64,000 bases of DNA from Lytechinus pictus (taxonomy: Eukaryota). This document shows, one piece after another, positions 10,403 through 24,200 of this stretch (position 1 is the first letter of the stretch; the number at the start of each line of letters is the position of its first letter). The position numbers were made by a program, and so were the translations under genes. Location of the stretch: positions 20,400,001 through 20,464,000 of the forward strand of contig NC_087252.1 in NCBI RefSeq assembly GCF_037042905.1, written 5' to 3'. The notes under the pieces are model-generated. The model was not told the origin of the DNA. It made no database searches and saw only the letters and a list, made by a program, of their open reading frames with translations.

Positions 10403-12147
10403 CCCGGGGGGGGGGGGGGGCTTCCATTGACGAGTGGATACCATGCGCGACCATGGGGTCTCAAAAACGTATTGGCGTGTGAAACCCTACCCTTAACAAT
10501 TATTGGAAACAAAACGATACTCTTGGCAAGTATTCCCTGAAATGAACCCCCAAGCAAGAACAGCGATATTTTATTGTTGTGCCACGGGTCCGTCGCAGAA
10601 TGGGCCAGAATGGGCCAGAATGAGTTGAAAGTGCGCCAAAATTATATTCCGTATTAGATTTTTATTTTAACATGTTGATAATGGGTAATTTGGGGCGTAG
10701 AATCGACTGAACATAATTTAAAGCCGATATGACGTCACCTTGATACCAAATTTTGATTGGCTATTTAAAACCTAGCTGTGAAAAGACAAATTACGCTAAA
10801 CAATGTGTAGTATATAAACTTTGTGTTATGTGCTACTTTAAGATTGACCAGTGTGAATGTTGGTTTATGCTTCTCACATTCCTAAAAAGTGTGTATGAGA
10901 TGCCGAAAATAATTTTATGGCATCAAAACGATAATTAATTAGATTTATATTAAAAAAAATCTTTAAAATCTGAAACTATCAACCGTGCTGTATCGAGTTG
11001 TGTTGACTTGTGAAAAACACAGAGTATGTAACACCACGAATGTATCACTATGATGAGTGTTTTTGGCTGAAATTATTCTACAAGTAAGTTTTACCTCTGG
11101 GGGAGTTGTGGATATAGCCCTTTTTTGCGTTGGCAACCTTTATTTTGTTTACATTATGCTCGGAATTCATGAAATTTTCATGGAATGGAAGGGGAATCGT
11201 CCTCGCTGTGCAAAAGCGAACGGCAATGTACACCCATACGGTGCGCTACGATGACTGCGCGGTATAAAAATGGGTGTTGTGTCAGGTAAAATCGGCTCTA
11301 ACATGAAAACGGGCAAAAACGGGCAGCAAAATTTGGTATCGATTTAAAGCTTAGACATCGGGAAAAATGATGCTTATAGAATTTAGACGGAAATCCACGG
11401 AAATCTAAACGTTTCTAATGTAAATTAAAAAACATGGATTTCAGCCTTTCGATGAATAATCATCCTATTAACCACCTGAAATGTGTCTTTTATCTACTTT
11501 GAACCCTTTCACACTAAAAATTAATATATCAGGATTATGTGGGAGCCCTTTCAGATTCCTACATGAAAAACCTCCTGTGAAATGGCCCGTTTTTCAACTA
11601 GGTTGTCATATACGCGACATTTCGCAAAATGTCACATTTTACGATTTGGGGTAGGTAATTAACAACCTTTATGCAAATTCCAGAATGAAATATTTTGCTG
11701 AAGTATTCTTCAAAGTGTTGTCTTTCAGCTGGGCATGACAAAAATTAAAAATCTGAAATTGCCAAAAAATTTTGGCGCACTTTTGTTTCACCCCGGCCCA
11801 CTGTGCGTCGGTTTTACAAGGCTTAACACATCATTTGCTTTAGTACGGCCCCACCTCGCTTCCACATCTCGCGCAAATCAGACTCTAAACACGCAGTGTA
11901 CGTTGGGGCAAATATATGACATTCTTTATAACAAAAAACATTTTTTGTATTATCATCCACGCAAATTTGACCCTAATCACGTAAATTTCCTAGCACAATA
12001 GATACCTTTTTTCATTATTTTTGTGTTTTTGACACCTTTATCACTATACCTACGTGACGTGCCCTATCTTGAAAAAGACATCTTTTTTTATGTGCTTTTT
12101 TGGTCGCGCATGGTATCCACTCGTCAATGTAAGTGCCCCCCTCCCCG
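10403..12147 (+). mobile_element. CCCGGGGG-ended MITE (8-bp TSD), interrupted by a Transib-like element
   Basis: TIR CCCGGGGG...CATTGACGAGTGGATACCATGCGCGACCA / TGGTCGCGCATGGTATCCACTCGTCAATG...CCCCG; TSD GTATT(C/T)GC. An uninterrupted family member lies in reverse at 56765-57335. Confidence 0.8.
10596..11805. mobile_element. Non-autonomous Transib-like DNA transposon with RSS-like termini
   Basis: 5-bp GC-rich TSD CGTCG (10591-10595, 11806-11810); the paralogous empty site is at ~53790-53805 (GGGTCCGTCGGTTTT). Right end revcomp CACAGTGGGCCGGGGTGAAACAAAAGTGCGCCAAAATT; left end CAGAATGGGCCAGAATGGGCCAGAATGAGTTGAAAGTGCGCCAAAATT. Confidence 0.8.
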
Positions 12148-12325
12148 GTATTTGCTCACTGAAAGAGCTAATCTAATCTCTAGTCACAATCATTCTCAGA
12201 GTGATACTTGCTGGGACCAATCCCTTCGGAGTGAACTGAACTCCTCGCGGAATGAATTGTGTATATCTTTAGACATTTTCACAGAAATTGGTAAAATTAT
12301 CTGCCAAAAGATGCATTATGTCACC

Positions 12326-12817
12326 CAGGGGCGTAGACAACGGGGGGGGGGCTGAGGGGGATGCATCCCCCCCACCTCACAAGGTGGGGGGATGGCATGT
12401 ACAATCATCCCCCCAGGTTTTGGGAATGATATTTGGTTACTTAATAAGTCATAATGATGATAATAATAGTAATAATAATGATAACAATTATAATATTAAT
12501 AATAATAATAATTATGATGATGATAATAATAATCCTCATCATTATTGTAATTGTGTTTATTGTTATTAGCCGCATTCACAAGGTGTAAGCCAATTCAGAC
12601 GGTGAAAAAGAAAATCGTACAAGTATTTTGTGGTTATCTTGTGGTTTGGAAATCACAAGATAACCACATAAGTTTGAAATGTTTAAAGAAGTTTGTTTCA
12701 TGTAAAGCGCAGTGTGAATTTACCCTGTCTTGAAATGCGAGATAAAAGGAACCTATTAGTATTTAATAGCATTATTATTGGTATTAGTATTATTTTTTAT
12801 TTGTATTATTATTATCA

Positions 12818-12848
<31 letters not shown>

Positions 12849-13656
12849 TATAAGACTGAGATCAAATAGAAGTAAATAATGCCCTAATTTGAAACGATGC
12901 AATGCCGTTATGGTTCCGATTTCTTCACAAACTTACAAAGCAGTATTGTTACTCCATGGATCATAGTGATACTGTTTATGTTTTTGTATCTGTATGTTAA
13001 TGAGCCGCCAGCCAATAACCATCTATGGATACTATGCCTGTTTCTTTGAGGTAAAAAAAGCATAGTATGTACGTATTCATTATGCTTTATAATGAACAGA
13101 CATATTGTTATTTGTTTGTTGTTAATGTGTTCTATTCACAAATGGCCACAGAGGCTGTTTTCATTCATAACCACATACCCATATCAAGACAACAAAGACT
13201 ATACCTGCGTGTACACAGTTGACATTGGTTTTTTTTTGAAGAGGTGTAACAGCAAAATTCACAGAGATAAATAAATACGTAGTGTGGTTCAATATGCAAT
13301 ACTATGTGTCAGTCCATTCTGTATTCGTATGCCACGGTGTGTAGATCTTGTCGATGTATGTCTGTCCATTCAAGGCGTAGTATGTGTGTGGTGCGCGCAC
13401 CCGTGTGTGTGTGTGTGAGTATTGTGTGTGTGCGTGCGCGCTTGTGTGTGTTATTTTACCTCATTAAATATGCATCAGATTGCACGATTTCAAGTTCAAA
13501 ATTGCAAAAGCTCCCTACCGTGGGACGGGGGACACCCCCCTCCCACACCCTCCCCCCGCTCGGTCGCTTCGCTCCCTCGCTCGGGCGCTTCGCGCCCTCA
13601 CTAGCCTTGGCAGCCCAGTCATCCCCCCCATGTGTACGAACCTGTCTACGCCACTG
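12326..13656. mobile_element. hAT-like non-autonomous element containing (AAT)n, (ATT)n and (GT)n tracts
   Basis: TIR CAGGGGCGTAGAC...GTCTACGCCACTG; 8-bp TSD ATGTCACC/ATCTCACC (7/8 match). Confidence 0.75.
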
Positions 13657-14371
13657 ATCTCACCCCAAGAAGAATACGATTGGGAACTAGTTCTTTGCAT
13701 AAAAAGTGATTTCACGCAACCAGTGGAGTTGAATACTTATTTCCGACATGATGTATTATGTAAATATCAGAATTGTTTCGTTTTGTAATGTAATTTGCCA
13801 ATGATTAAAATCAGAGTGGTATTCAGTTCAATGGCAGCTTGCAGTGTAAAGAGCGCAATGAAATCAAGCCTTGTTACCGCGTACATGCTCGAAATTGGTT
13901 GTACTCGGGGAACAATGGTACATGGCTCAACAGCCAATAATAATGAGGGTTCTCATGGTTATCATAATCATAGTAGGGTGTGTAAGCATAATTTTTTTCA
14001 CCATTATATTCTTAAAACACAAATTTATATAGTATTTTTTTGTAGATTTTGAAAATACATGTATAATGTTTGATTGGAGTTTTATAGGAAACATACAGTT
14101 TCCTATTATACTACCCGTAGAAATATTTATACATTAAAAAAAATCTTTATACAGGATAAGCATGTTCAGATAACATATATTCACTGTTTCTCAACGTATT
14201 GATTAATTATTGACATATTATTCAATATGTGAGATATGTCTTATCATTTCATGTCACACAATGTGTCACACAATGACATTTATATTACGAAAATCTCTAG
14301 TGGAAAGAGGTTTCAATATTTGTATGATTGATATGTATTTTTTCAACCTCATCATTGTTTTATGTAACATA

Positions 14372-14612
14372 CACAGCAAAAACTGTGGTGTTAACTGGTG
14401 TACATAGAGGACCACACCAGTTTTTTTTTACACCGGTGTTGAATGAGTGGTGTTAGTTTTACACCCATAGGTGTTATTACAACACCTTTGGTTGTTACAT
14501 TTACACTCTCTGGTGTTATGTTCAATCTCTAGGGTGTAATTTTAACACCTCAGGATGTGGTCCTCTATTAACACCAACTGGTGTCAATTTTAACACCACA
14601 GTTTTTACAGTG
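14372..14612. mobile_element. EnSpm/CACTA-type MITE, copy 2
   Basis: Same sequence family as 1525-1763; 2-bp TSD TA. Confidence 0.8.
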
Positions 14613-16376
14613 TATAAACAGAAGGCTACGAAATAGATGTCAACAGATATAGCATGCTATACGTGTGCGACACATTTCGTATAAGGACTATATTTTTAAG
14701 TGTTCATGATTCATGATGTCGAAACACTGCACGATAAAAAAAATGATAGAGCCCCCATTTCAGTCTTTCGTGTGAAAAAATCCTTTGTTCAGCGTTGTTT
14801 CAACAACATTTGCCTAAAGTCCATGCTGGTTTAAAGTGATTAATAATATGAAATTTTGAATTCAGCGAATTCTTATTACAAGAGTTAATTAAACATACTG
14901 CGATCATATCTCGAAGATATTAGGGGCATCAATGTTGTGACATTGAATGCGACTTTAGATGGAAGACAATGTGTGTTTCGGTTATTCAGTGTCAGTTAAG
15001 TCTTTGTTGTGAATTTACGTAAATAGCTTTGTATGTTTTTCTTTTATGAGGCAAGATGGTAATTTACTCACTTTTAGTATGAACATTTATTTTTAACAGA
15101 TATTGTACTTTATTTTTGGACGATCATGTTGATAATACTATTGTACTTAATAGAATACTGCAAAATTTGAATTTGGGTTGTTTTTACTGCGTTTTAAATG
15201 GACACACTTTGAACGTGGGCCTATATATGTATACACATATAAGGAGAGGTTCTGGAAAACGCTATGGTATTGTAAGTTCACCGTCTTGTTGGAATACAGA
15301 TAATTATATCATGCATTTTTTTAATGCTTATAAAAGTGCAGATATATATATATATATTCCTGACGTATTTCTGTCATTTACATACTTCTTAATTGTGCCT
15401 AATGGCCCGTATTCGGAACTCTCGTATATTGCGAATTCTGGTCTGAGGTTGCACTTAGACTATGGATAGCCACTTGTGTCACAAATCTCTACCACGTCAG
15501 GTTCAATTAACTAGATCATTTTTCACTCGAGTAATTAATGTCTTAGAATAATGACTAAAATAGTTTTGTTTATCATTAAATCGTGGGGAGGAAGCATAGT
15601 AAACACAATATACATGTAAATACGATGCAAAGTTTATGCATTTTGGGCTTCCAATAATTAGCACAAAGCTAACCCGTGACCTAAGATAAACTGGACTTTG
15701 GAACACGGGCCGATGTGTTTGGATTGCATGTGAAGAACTGGTATTTTTGCTCCATATTTTCAGAGCTAATTTTTATGGTGATGCATGTTCCAAGGAGACA
15801 TTTGATGAACTGGTAATCAAGCGATACATATGTTATGATAGTGAAATGATCGCAATTCATTCTCTTTTTTATTTGGCCCATGAAAACAGTTGAATTTCCT
15901 GTATTAAACACACATACAGCTAAATAATAATGGCGTAAAAAAATGTTTTATCGTCTATGCATGAGGATATTGTAGGGTTTGTGTGCGTGTGCGTGGGTGT
16001 TTTTTCGCCATGACAAAAACCACATACAAACAAGTATTTCGCAACAGCACCAAATTCCCCGTCGGGAATACCCAGAAACAAAAGGAAATAAAAAAAAAAC
16101 AAATGTCGTTACACAGTACGATTTATTTATAGTTTATTCCATGGATAGTTTTATTAAAAAAAGAAAAAATCGACAATGATTTGACATGAGAGTAGGCATG
16201 AAAAAATGAGAAAAGGGAGTAAATCATGGTTACCAACATGCATTGAATGATGAGATCGGATTCGCCCGCTGAATTCATCCAGCTGAACAGCATCAGACTT
16301 TGGGGTCGTTTAGAGGGTATTGTTCTCTTTTAAGATGAGCGGGAGCAGACAAGGAACGATTGACAGGAACGTCTTA

Positions 16377-18088
16377 GCTTCCTCTCTTAAAATCATTATG
16401 TATATTTTGGATGAATTTAAGGTTTTTTCAGGGCTTTGCATTAATCGAAATAAATCTGAAATTGTGGCACTTGGTTATTATAAAGCACATCCTCCAGACA
16501 TATCCTTTTCCGGATTAAGATTTTCTAATGGCCCATTTAGATTATTGGGAGTATATTTTTCACCTGACTCAAAAGACATATTTGAATTGAATTTTATTCC
16601 AAAGCTTAATGAAATAAAGAATATTTTAAGAGTAAGGAAAATGAGAAATTTAACCCCAATAGGAAAGATAACTATTTTGAAGTCACTCGGCCTTTCTCAA
16701 ATCATATTTCTATTGTCTGTATTACCAAAACCTCCAGAAGATTTTTTGAAAGAATTAGAACATTTAATGTACTCTTTTATTTGGAATGAAAAACCGGATA
16801 AAATCAGTCGTCTTACAATTATTGGAGACTATAGTCAAGGTGGATTAAAAATGTTACATTTACCTTCTGTAATTTCTGGCTTGAAAATAGCGTGGGTTAA
16901 ACGTTATATGTGCACAGAAAATAAAGGAAAATGGAAATGTTTTTTCGCACACAACTTGGTCACCTTTGGAGGAAAATTGTTTTGGACATGTAATTTAAAA
17001 TACGATGATCCCAAAATATTACAAATAAAAAATCAATTCATTCGAGAAATTTTAATTACTTGGAGTTGTTTAACATTCTCTCCTAATTTATCTGATTTAA
17101 ATATAAATAATCAAGTGTTATGGAATAACTCATTGATCAAAGTAGATGGGAAAATTACATATTTATATAATTATAAATTATATATATATTTGGCTTAAAA
17201 ATGGGATCATCAGTATTAAACATTTAATGGATGAACAAAACAATTTTCTTCCACATACAACTTAAAAAAAAAATACAAAATTAATTGTAATTTTCTTGAA
17301 TATTATTCATTGATTTCTGCAATAATCAATGAATGGAAACATTTTAGTCAACATCTTGTTGAGAGTAGAACAACTCAAGAAGATTTGTTGTATAATTTAA
17401 ATAATGTTTTTTAAGGCATGCAAGTTTATCCATAGAATTTCTTTTGATAAAATCTTAAAGTCTCCTACTTCGCAATCAAAATGGGCATCCATTTTAAATG
17501 AACCGGTTAATAATTGGAACAGATTGTATATGATTCCCTTTAAATGCTGTCTTTCAACAAAACTCCGCTACTTTCAATATAAACTTTTCAATCGGATAAT
17601 GGGAGTGAACAAACATCTTTACGATATTGGCTTGTCTGAATCTAATTTATGTACATTTTGTTCTTCCTCTGTTGAAAGTATTTCACATCTGTTTTGGGAC
17701 TGCCCTGTAACTCAACAATTTATTCAAAACTTTCAAACCTCTTATTTGAACAATGACGTGTATTTGAATAAGAATTTATTTTTGTTTGGTTTCCCTGACG
17801 CTCAATACTCTTTTGTAAACCGTTATATTCTTTACGCTAAATATTTTATTTTTTCAACACGTTGTAAGGGCGATCGGTTGTATTTTAGCTCTTTTAAGAA
17901 CGTATTGAAACACTACTGTGAAATTAAAGAAGGTTCTCAGTCAAAAACATCATAATTTTGTTTTATCATTAGATAATAGTACACATGTATAGTTGTTGTA
18001 AACATGTTCGCTTCATGATTTTTGTTTGTAAATTGAATTGCTTTCGTGTTTGATTTTGAATAAAATCTTTCTATGAAAGAAAAAAAAA
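16377..18088 (+). mobile_element. 5'-truncated L1/Tx1-group LINE (ORF2 C-terminal half, disrupted), copy 1
   Basis: Late-RT motifs ILDEFKVFSGLCINRNKS, LLGVYF, LTPIGKITILKSL, FIW, QGGLKM and C-terminal zinc finger CTFC..ESISHLFWDC; split by frameshift/stops; AATAAA then an A tail. Confidence 0.9.
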
Positions 18089-18870
18089 CCGGTTGGTGAA
18101 AAACAAAAAAAAAAGTTTCAGATCTGACGAAAAATGGCAAATCTGTCGCTTGACATGTCCAGGACGAAACGGCTGTTTTGATTCACCAATTTTCGACAAC
18201 ATCTTGATGGTTACTCTTTGTTATGAAGGGCATTTGACAGTAGATTTTTTAAAAATCTTCTTGGAAGCGTTCTGTTTCTTCTTGTGAAAACTCTTTAATG
18301 TTATTTTAGCAGCACGTCGAGATTAATTATACCGTATTTTTTATTTGTCAGAGCCCTTGATATCATTTCAAGGACTTGTTCCAGCTGGGTACCCCCTGAC
18401 CTCACCTGAGTTGAGTTAAGCACAATGTGGGTAAATTCCTTGCCGAAGAAAAACACGCCATTGCTGGGGTTCGACCCCCCCCCCCCCCACTCTAATTGAA
18501 AACGAGAGTCGTAACCGCTAAACCACGACATCCACACATACCGTAATACCATAATTATACCATATTTTTTATTTGTCAGAGCCCTTGATATCACTATTTA
18601 TAAATATACATGTATGTCTAGTTATATATATTTTTATATCATCATTGTAAAACCCTGCACAATTGGCAGAGAAGTAGAATTTCTTCATTTGCACTGGCAA
18701 CAGACCTGGATAAATGGAATTTTCTGCTTTTTTTTTTAAATAAAGAAGACTTTTATCTATCTTTCTTAAATTTAGAACAAAAGATTTTGTGAACTCTGAA
18801 TTTTCTTGAAGTCAACCAAATAATAAAAAAAACAGGTATTGTACCACTTGCGTAAACTATACCACACTAT

Positions 18871-19232
18871 CGGTTACATATTTATAATCAATTGAATGCC
18901 AATTCGTCCAAATGCCAACTCATCTGCTTTCATTTGGTCTACCATCAGTTCATCCAATATCCACATGATCTAATTGCCATTTCTTCCACTCCCCAGTTCG
19001 TCTAATAACCAGTTGGTCCAATACACATTTAGTCCTTAAACCATGTGGTCTAATTAGATTATGTGTTTATTGGGCGAAATGAATGAAAATAAAACGAATA
19101 TTAGACCAAGTGGTTATGAGACGAGGTGATGATTGAACCAAATGGTTGTTAGACAAAATGTTGATGGACAGAATGGCATTAGACTAAATGAAGGTCAACC
19201 ATGTGGTGAGTGGACGAATTGGCAGTTTACCG
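18871..19232. mobile_element. Foldback MITE built from ~15-bp subrepeats
   Basis: Left arm TGCCAATTCGTCCA..., right arm ...TGGACGAATTGGCAGTTTACCG. Also at ~30848-31209 and ~41137-41495, a half copy at ~9606-9780, and an independent copy at ~60730-61119. Confidence 0.7.
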
Positions 19233-19945
19233 TGATTACTGACCACTTTAATTCATGTCGCTCCCAACTTGCTATGTTGTATATACTGTTGAGATTATTG
19301 AAATGATTTTTATTTCTGCCATTTTTATATAATTTCTTATCTGGCTTATTCCACCTCATTCACACTCTCCCTCTGTGCAGTTTATTACTATGTTGATTGA
19401 ATTTGTTTACTATGTTCTGTAGAAATGCTGTTATTATTTGTTTACTATATTGTACATACAATTCTTTGTTTGGGTAAATATCTACATGTTATTAGACTCC
19501 TTACTGGAAATAACTTTCTCGAGCATTATCCTGTCCATGCTTACTCTTACTGCCATCATATCTCGAAGATATTAGGGACTTCTATTTTTTTACATTGAAT
19601 GCGACTTTAGATGGAGGACAATGTGTGTTTCGGTTATCCAGTGTCATTTAAGTCTTTATTGTGAATTTACGTAAATAGCTTTGTATGTTTTCCTTTTATG
19701 AGGTAAGTTGGTAATTGAAGCAATTGAATTTCCTGTATTAAACGAAAATACAGCTAATAATGGCGTAAAAAATGTTTTGTCGTCTAAGCATGAGGTTATT
19801 GTACGATGTGTGTTTGTGTACGTGGGAGTTTTTTCGCCATATCATGATAGTGACGTGTGCACACCTATTGACAAAAACCACATACAAACAAGAGTTTAAA
19901 ACGTAAAATGCCGGGGTAAAATGAGTATTTTATATATATGATCAT

Positions 19946-21297
19946 TGTTATTTCATTTCATTTATTTTATTTCAACACGGTAAACCAACTTCAGCCAATG
20001 GCTGTTCTTCTGAACGTCCGTGCGTACATATTAAAATCACATTACATGTATATACAATTAAGATACATAATACGAAATAAATATACAATTAGAATATCAT
20101 CAATATTACAAAGAAAAACAAACAAACAGAACAAACAAGTTTACATCACTCTGGCTTCCAATCTAAATATGTTGAAACTAGTTACATGTACTTTTAAGTC
20201 ATTAGGTAGTGCGTTCCAGCTTCTGGCCCCCCTGTACTGTAGACTTCTTTTCTTATAATTGCTTTTAACTAAGGGTAATTTGATGTTTAGAGACGATGAT
20301 CTTAGCATGTAATTACAATCACTTAAAATAAATTGTTTACGAATGCTCTCTGGTAACATACCATGCATTATCCTGTACATTGTTTGTAAGGTGCGTACAT
20401 TTCTTCTTTCTATCAATCTTTTAATGTCTATCAAGAACGCTTTCTGTAACATTGAGTAAAGGTGTCATAGTCGAATGTTTGGGTCGAAAACCCGACTGCT
20501 GTGTACAAAGTAGAGAGTGCTTATTCAAATTTTCATACCACTGAACATGATATTTATACATGACTGAATACAATCTTCTCTATGATTTTAGCGAAAACAG
20601 ACAATACAGAGATGGGTCTATAGTTTCCCATGTCAGTTTTGTCACCACCTTTGAACACAGGCGTGACCCGAGAAATCTTCAATTGGGGAGGTATTTCACC
20701 AGTTCGTAATGATTAGTGATGTTGGTATGTCATCAAGTCCCCCCATCTTCTTACAATCAAGATTATTAATTACCTTTTTAATTTCTTCTTCAGTAACTAT
20801 TTTAAAATCTGAAAGACTTACGTTGTTTGGAAATACATTATTCGACTCAAAATCACCGTTTCCAGTATTATCTACAGTTATCTCATTTTGTGTGCATTTT
20901 CCTATGCTTGAGAAGTAGTGGTTAAAACCCTCCGAGATTGATGTTTTGTTTTGAAGTTCTATACCATCATTTTTTATTTCTACAATTTTAGATCCATTTT
21001 TTTTTCTGAGGCATAAGATACTTTAAAGATTTCCATACATTTGTAGATTGACCATTGCTACTACTAATTGAGGTAGAAATATAATCCTTCTTTGCTTTAC
21101 GGATCTTTGCTGTGACATTATTTCTCAATCGTCGATACGATGCCCAATCATGTTCTGATTTGGTATGCTTTGCTTTATTTTTTATTTCATTACGGTTACG
21201 AATAGTTTGAATTATATCTTCATTAATCCACGGTGATTCAATCTTCTTTACTCGAGTACGTTTAAGTGGGGTATGCTTATCAATTATACATTTTAAT
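19946..21297 (-). mobile_element. CR1/L2-group LINE fragment (internally deleted ORF2 plus 3' end), copy 1
   Basis: The minus strand encodes SPWINE, VTPVFKGGDKTDMGNYRPISVLSVFAKIIEKIV and the C-terminal KRSLQYRGARSWNALP; it ends in a (TGAAA)n tail. Confidence 0.85.
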
Positions 21298-24200
21298 GAA
21301 GGTTTGTCGATATTTCTATAGCGACAGGAGAGATTCAGCTACATATCTAGCTGTTCCTCTCTATATCGATCGGTATAACCCATGTATATATTTATACAAC
21401 TGATGAATTCTCATTTTTTGTATCAGTTCCACAACTCTGGATGCGAATTTAGTTTCGTACTAAATATGCTCGGTGACCGAGAGATTCAGCTACATTTTTT
21501 GTATCAGTTTCTTGAAGGTTTGTCGATATTTCTATCATTTTTATCACTTCTGCCTTCTGCGACAGGAGTGATTCAGCTACATATCTAGCTGTTCCTCTCT
21601 ATATCGATCGGTATAACCCATGTATATATTTATACAACTGATGAATTCTCATTTTTTGTATCAGTTCCACAACTCTGGATGCGAATTTAGTTTCGTACTA
21701 AATATGCTCGGTGACCGAGAGATTCAGCTACATTTTTTGTATCAGTTTCTTGAAGGTTTGTCGATATTTCTATCATTTTTATCACTTCTGCCTTCTGCGA
21801 CAGGATTGATACAGCTACATATCTAGCTCTTCCTCTCTATATCGATCGGTATAACCCATGTATATATTTATACAACTGATGAATTCTCATTTTTTGTATC
21901 AGTTCCACAACTCTGGATGCGAATTTAGTTTCGTACTAAATATGCTCGGTGACCGAGAGATTCAGCTACATTTTTTGTATCAGTTTCTTGAAGGTTTGTC
22001 GATATTTCTATAATTTTTATCACTTCTGCCTTCTGCGACAGGAGTGATACAGCTACATATCTAGCTGTTCCTCTCTATATCGATCGGTATAACCCATGTA
22101 TATATTTATACAACTGATGAATTCCCATTTTTTGTATCAGTTCCACAACTCTGGATGCGAATTTAGTTTCGTACTAACTATGCTCGGTGACCGAGATATT
22201 CAGCTACATATTCAGCTAAATTCTTTGTATCAGTTTCTTGAAGGTTTTTCGATATTTCTATCATTTTTATCACTTCTGCCTTCTGCGACAGGAGTGATTC
22301 AGCTACATATCTAGCTGTTCCTCTCTATATCGATCGGTATAACCCATGTATATATTAATACAACTGATGAATTCTCATTTTTTGTATCAGTTCCACAACT
22401 CTGGATGCGAATTTAGTTTCGTACTAAATATGCTCGGTGACCGAGAGATTCAGCTACATTTTTTGTATCAGTTTCTTGAAGGTTTGTCGATATTTCTATC
22501 ATTTTTATCACTTCTGCCTTCTGCGACAGGAGTGATTCAGCTACATATCTAGCTGTTCCTCTCTATATCGATCGGTATAACCCATGTATATATTTATACA
22601 ACTGATGAATTCCCATTTTTTGTATCAGTTCCACAACTCTGGATGCGAATTTAGTTTCGTACTAACTATGCTCGGTGACCGAGAGATTCAGCTACATATT
22701 CAGCTAAATTCTTTGTATCAGTTTCTTGAAGGTTTTTCGATATTTCTATCATTTTTATCACTTCTGCCTTCTGCGACAGGAGTGATTCAGCTACATATCT
22801 AGCTGTTCCTCTCTATATCGATCGGTATAACCCATGTATATATTAATACAACTGATGAATTCTCATTTTTTGTATCAGTTCCACAACTCTGGATGCGAAT
22901 TTAGTTTCGTACTAAATATGCTCGGTGACCGAGAGATTCAGCTACATTTTTTGTATCAGTTTCTTGAAGGTTTGTCGATATTTCTATCATTTTTATCACT
23001 TCTGCCTTCTGCGACAGGAGTGATTCAGCTACATATCTAGCTCTTCCTCTCTATATCGATCGGTATAACCCATGTATATATTTATACAACTGATGAATTC
23101 TCATTTTTTGTATCAGTTCCACAACTCTGGATGCGAATTTAGTTTCGTACTAAATATGCTCGGTGACCGAGAGATTCAGCTACATTTTTTGTATCAGTTT
23201 CTTGAAGGTTTGTCGATATTTCTATCATTTTTATCACTTCTGCCTTCTGCGACAGGAGTGATACAGCTACATATCTAGCTGTTCCTCTCTATATCGATCG
23301 GTATAACCCATGTATATATTTATACAACTGATGAATTCCCATTTTTTGTATCAGTTCCACAACTCTGGATGCGAATTTAGTTTCGTACTAACTATGCTCG
23401 GTGACCGAGAGATTCAGCTACATATTCAGCTAAATTCTTTGTATCAGTTTCTTGAAGGTTTTTCGATATTTCTATCATTTTTATCACTTCTGCCTTCTGC
23501 GACAGGAGTGATTCAGCTACATATCTAGCTGTTCCTCTCTATATCGATCGGTATAACCCATGTATATATTAATACAACTGATGAATTCCCATTTTTTGTA
23601 TCAGTTCCACAACTCTGGATGCGAATTTAGTTTCGTACTAAATATGCTCGGTGACCGAGAGATTCAGCTACATTTTTTGTATCAGTTTCTTGAAGGTTTG
23701 TCGATATTTCTATCATTTTTATCACTTCTGCCTTCTGCGACAGGAGTGATTCAGCTACATATCTAGCTGTTCCTCTCTATATCGATCGGTATAACCCATG
23801 TATATATTTATACAACCGATGAATTCCCATTTTTTGTATCAGTTCCACAACTCTGGATGCGAATTTAGTTTCGTACTAAATATGCTCGGTGACCGAGATA
23901 TTCAGCTACATTTTTTGTATCACTTTCTTGAAGGTTTGTCGATATTTCTATCATTTTTATCACTTCTGCCTTCAGCGACAGGAGTGATTCAGCTACATAT
24001 CTAGCTGTTCCTCTCTATATCGATCGGTATAACCCATGTATATATTTATACAACTGATGAATTCTCATTTTTTGTATCAGTTCCACAACTCTGGATGCGA
24101 ATTTAGTTTCGTACTAAATATGCTCGGTGACCGAGAGATTCAGCTACATTTTTTGTATCAGTTTCTTGAAGGTTTGTCGATATTTCTATCATTTTGATCA

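Noticed and set aside
16320..17955. 292-aa and 183-aa ORFs as host genes present in three copies
   Set aside because: They are pieces of one truncated, frameshifted L1/Tx1 ORF2. The N-terminal MSGSRQG... comes from flanking DNA, and the three copies come from the segmental duplication, not separate insertions.
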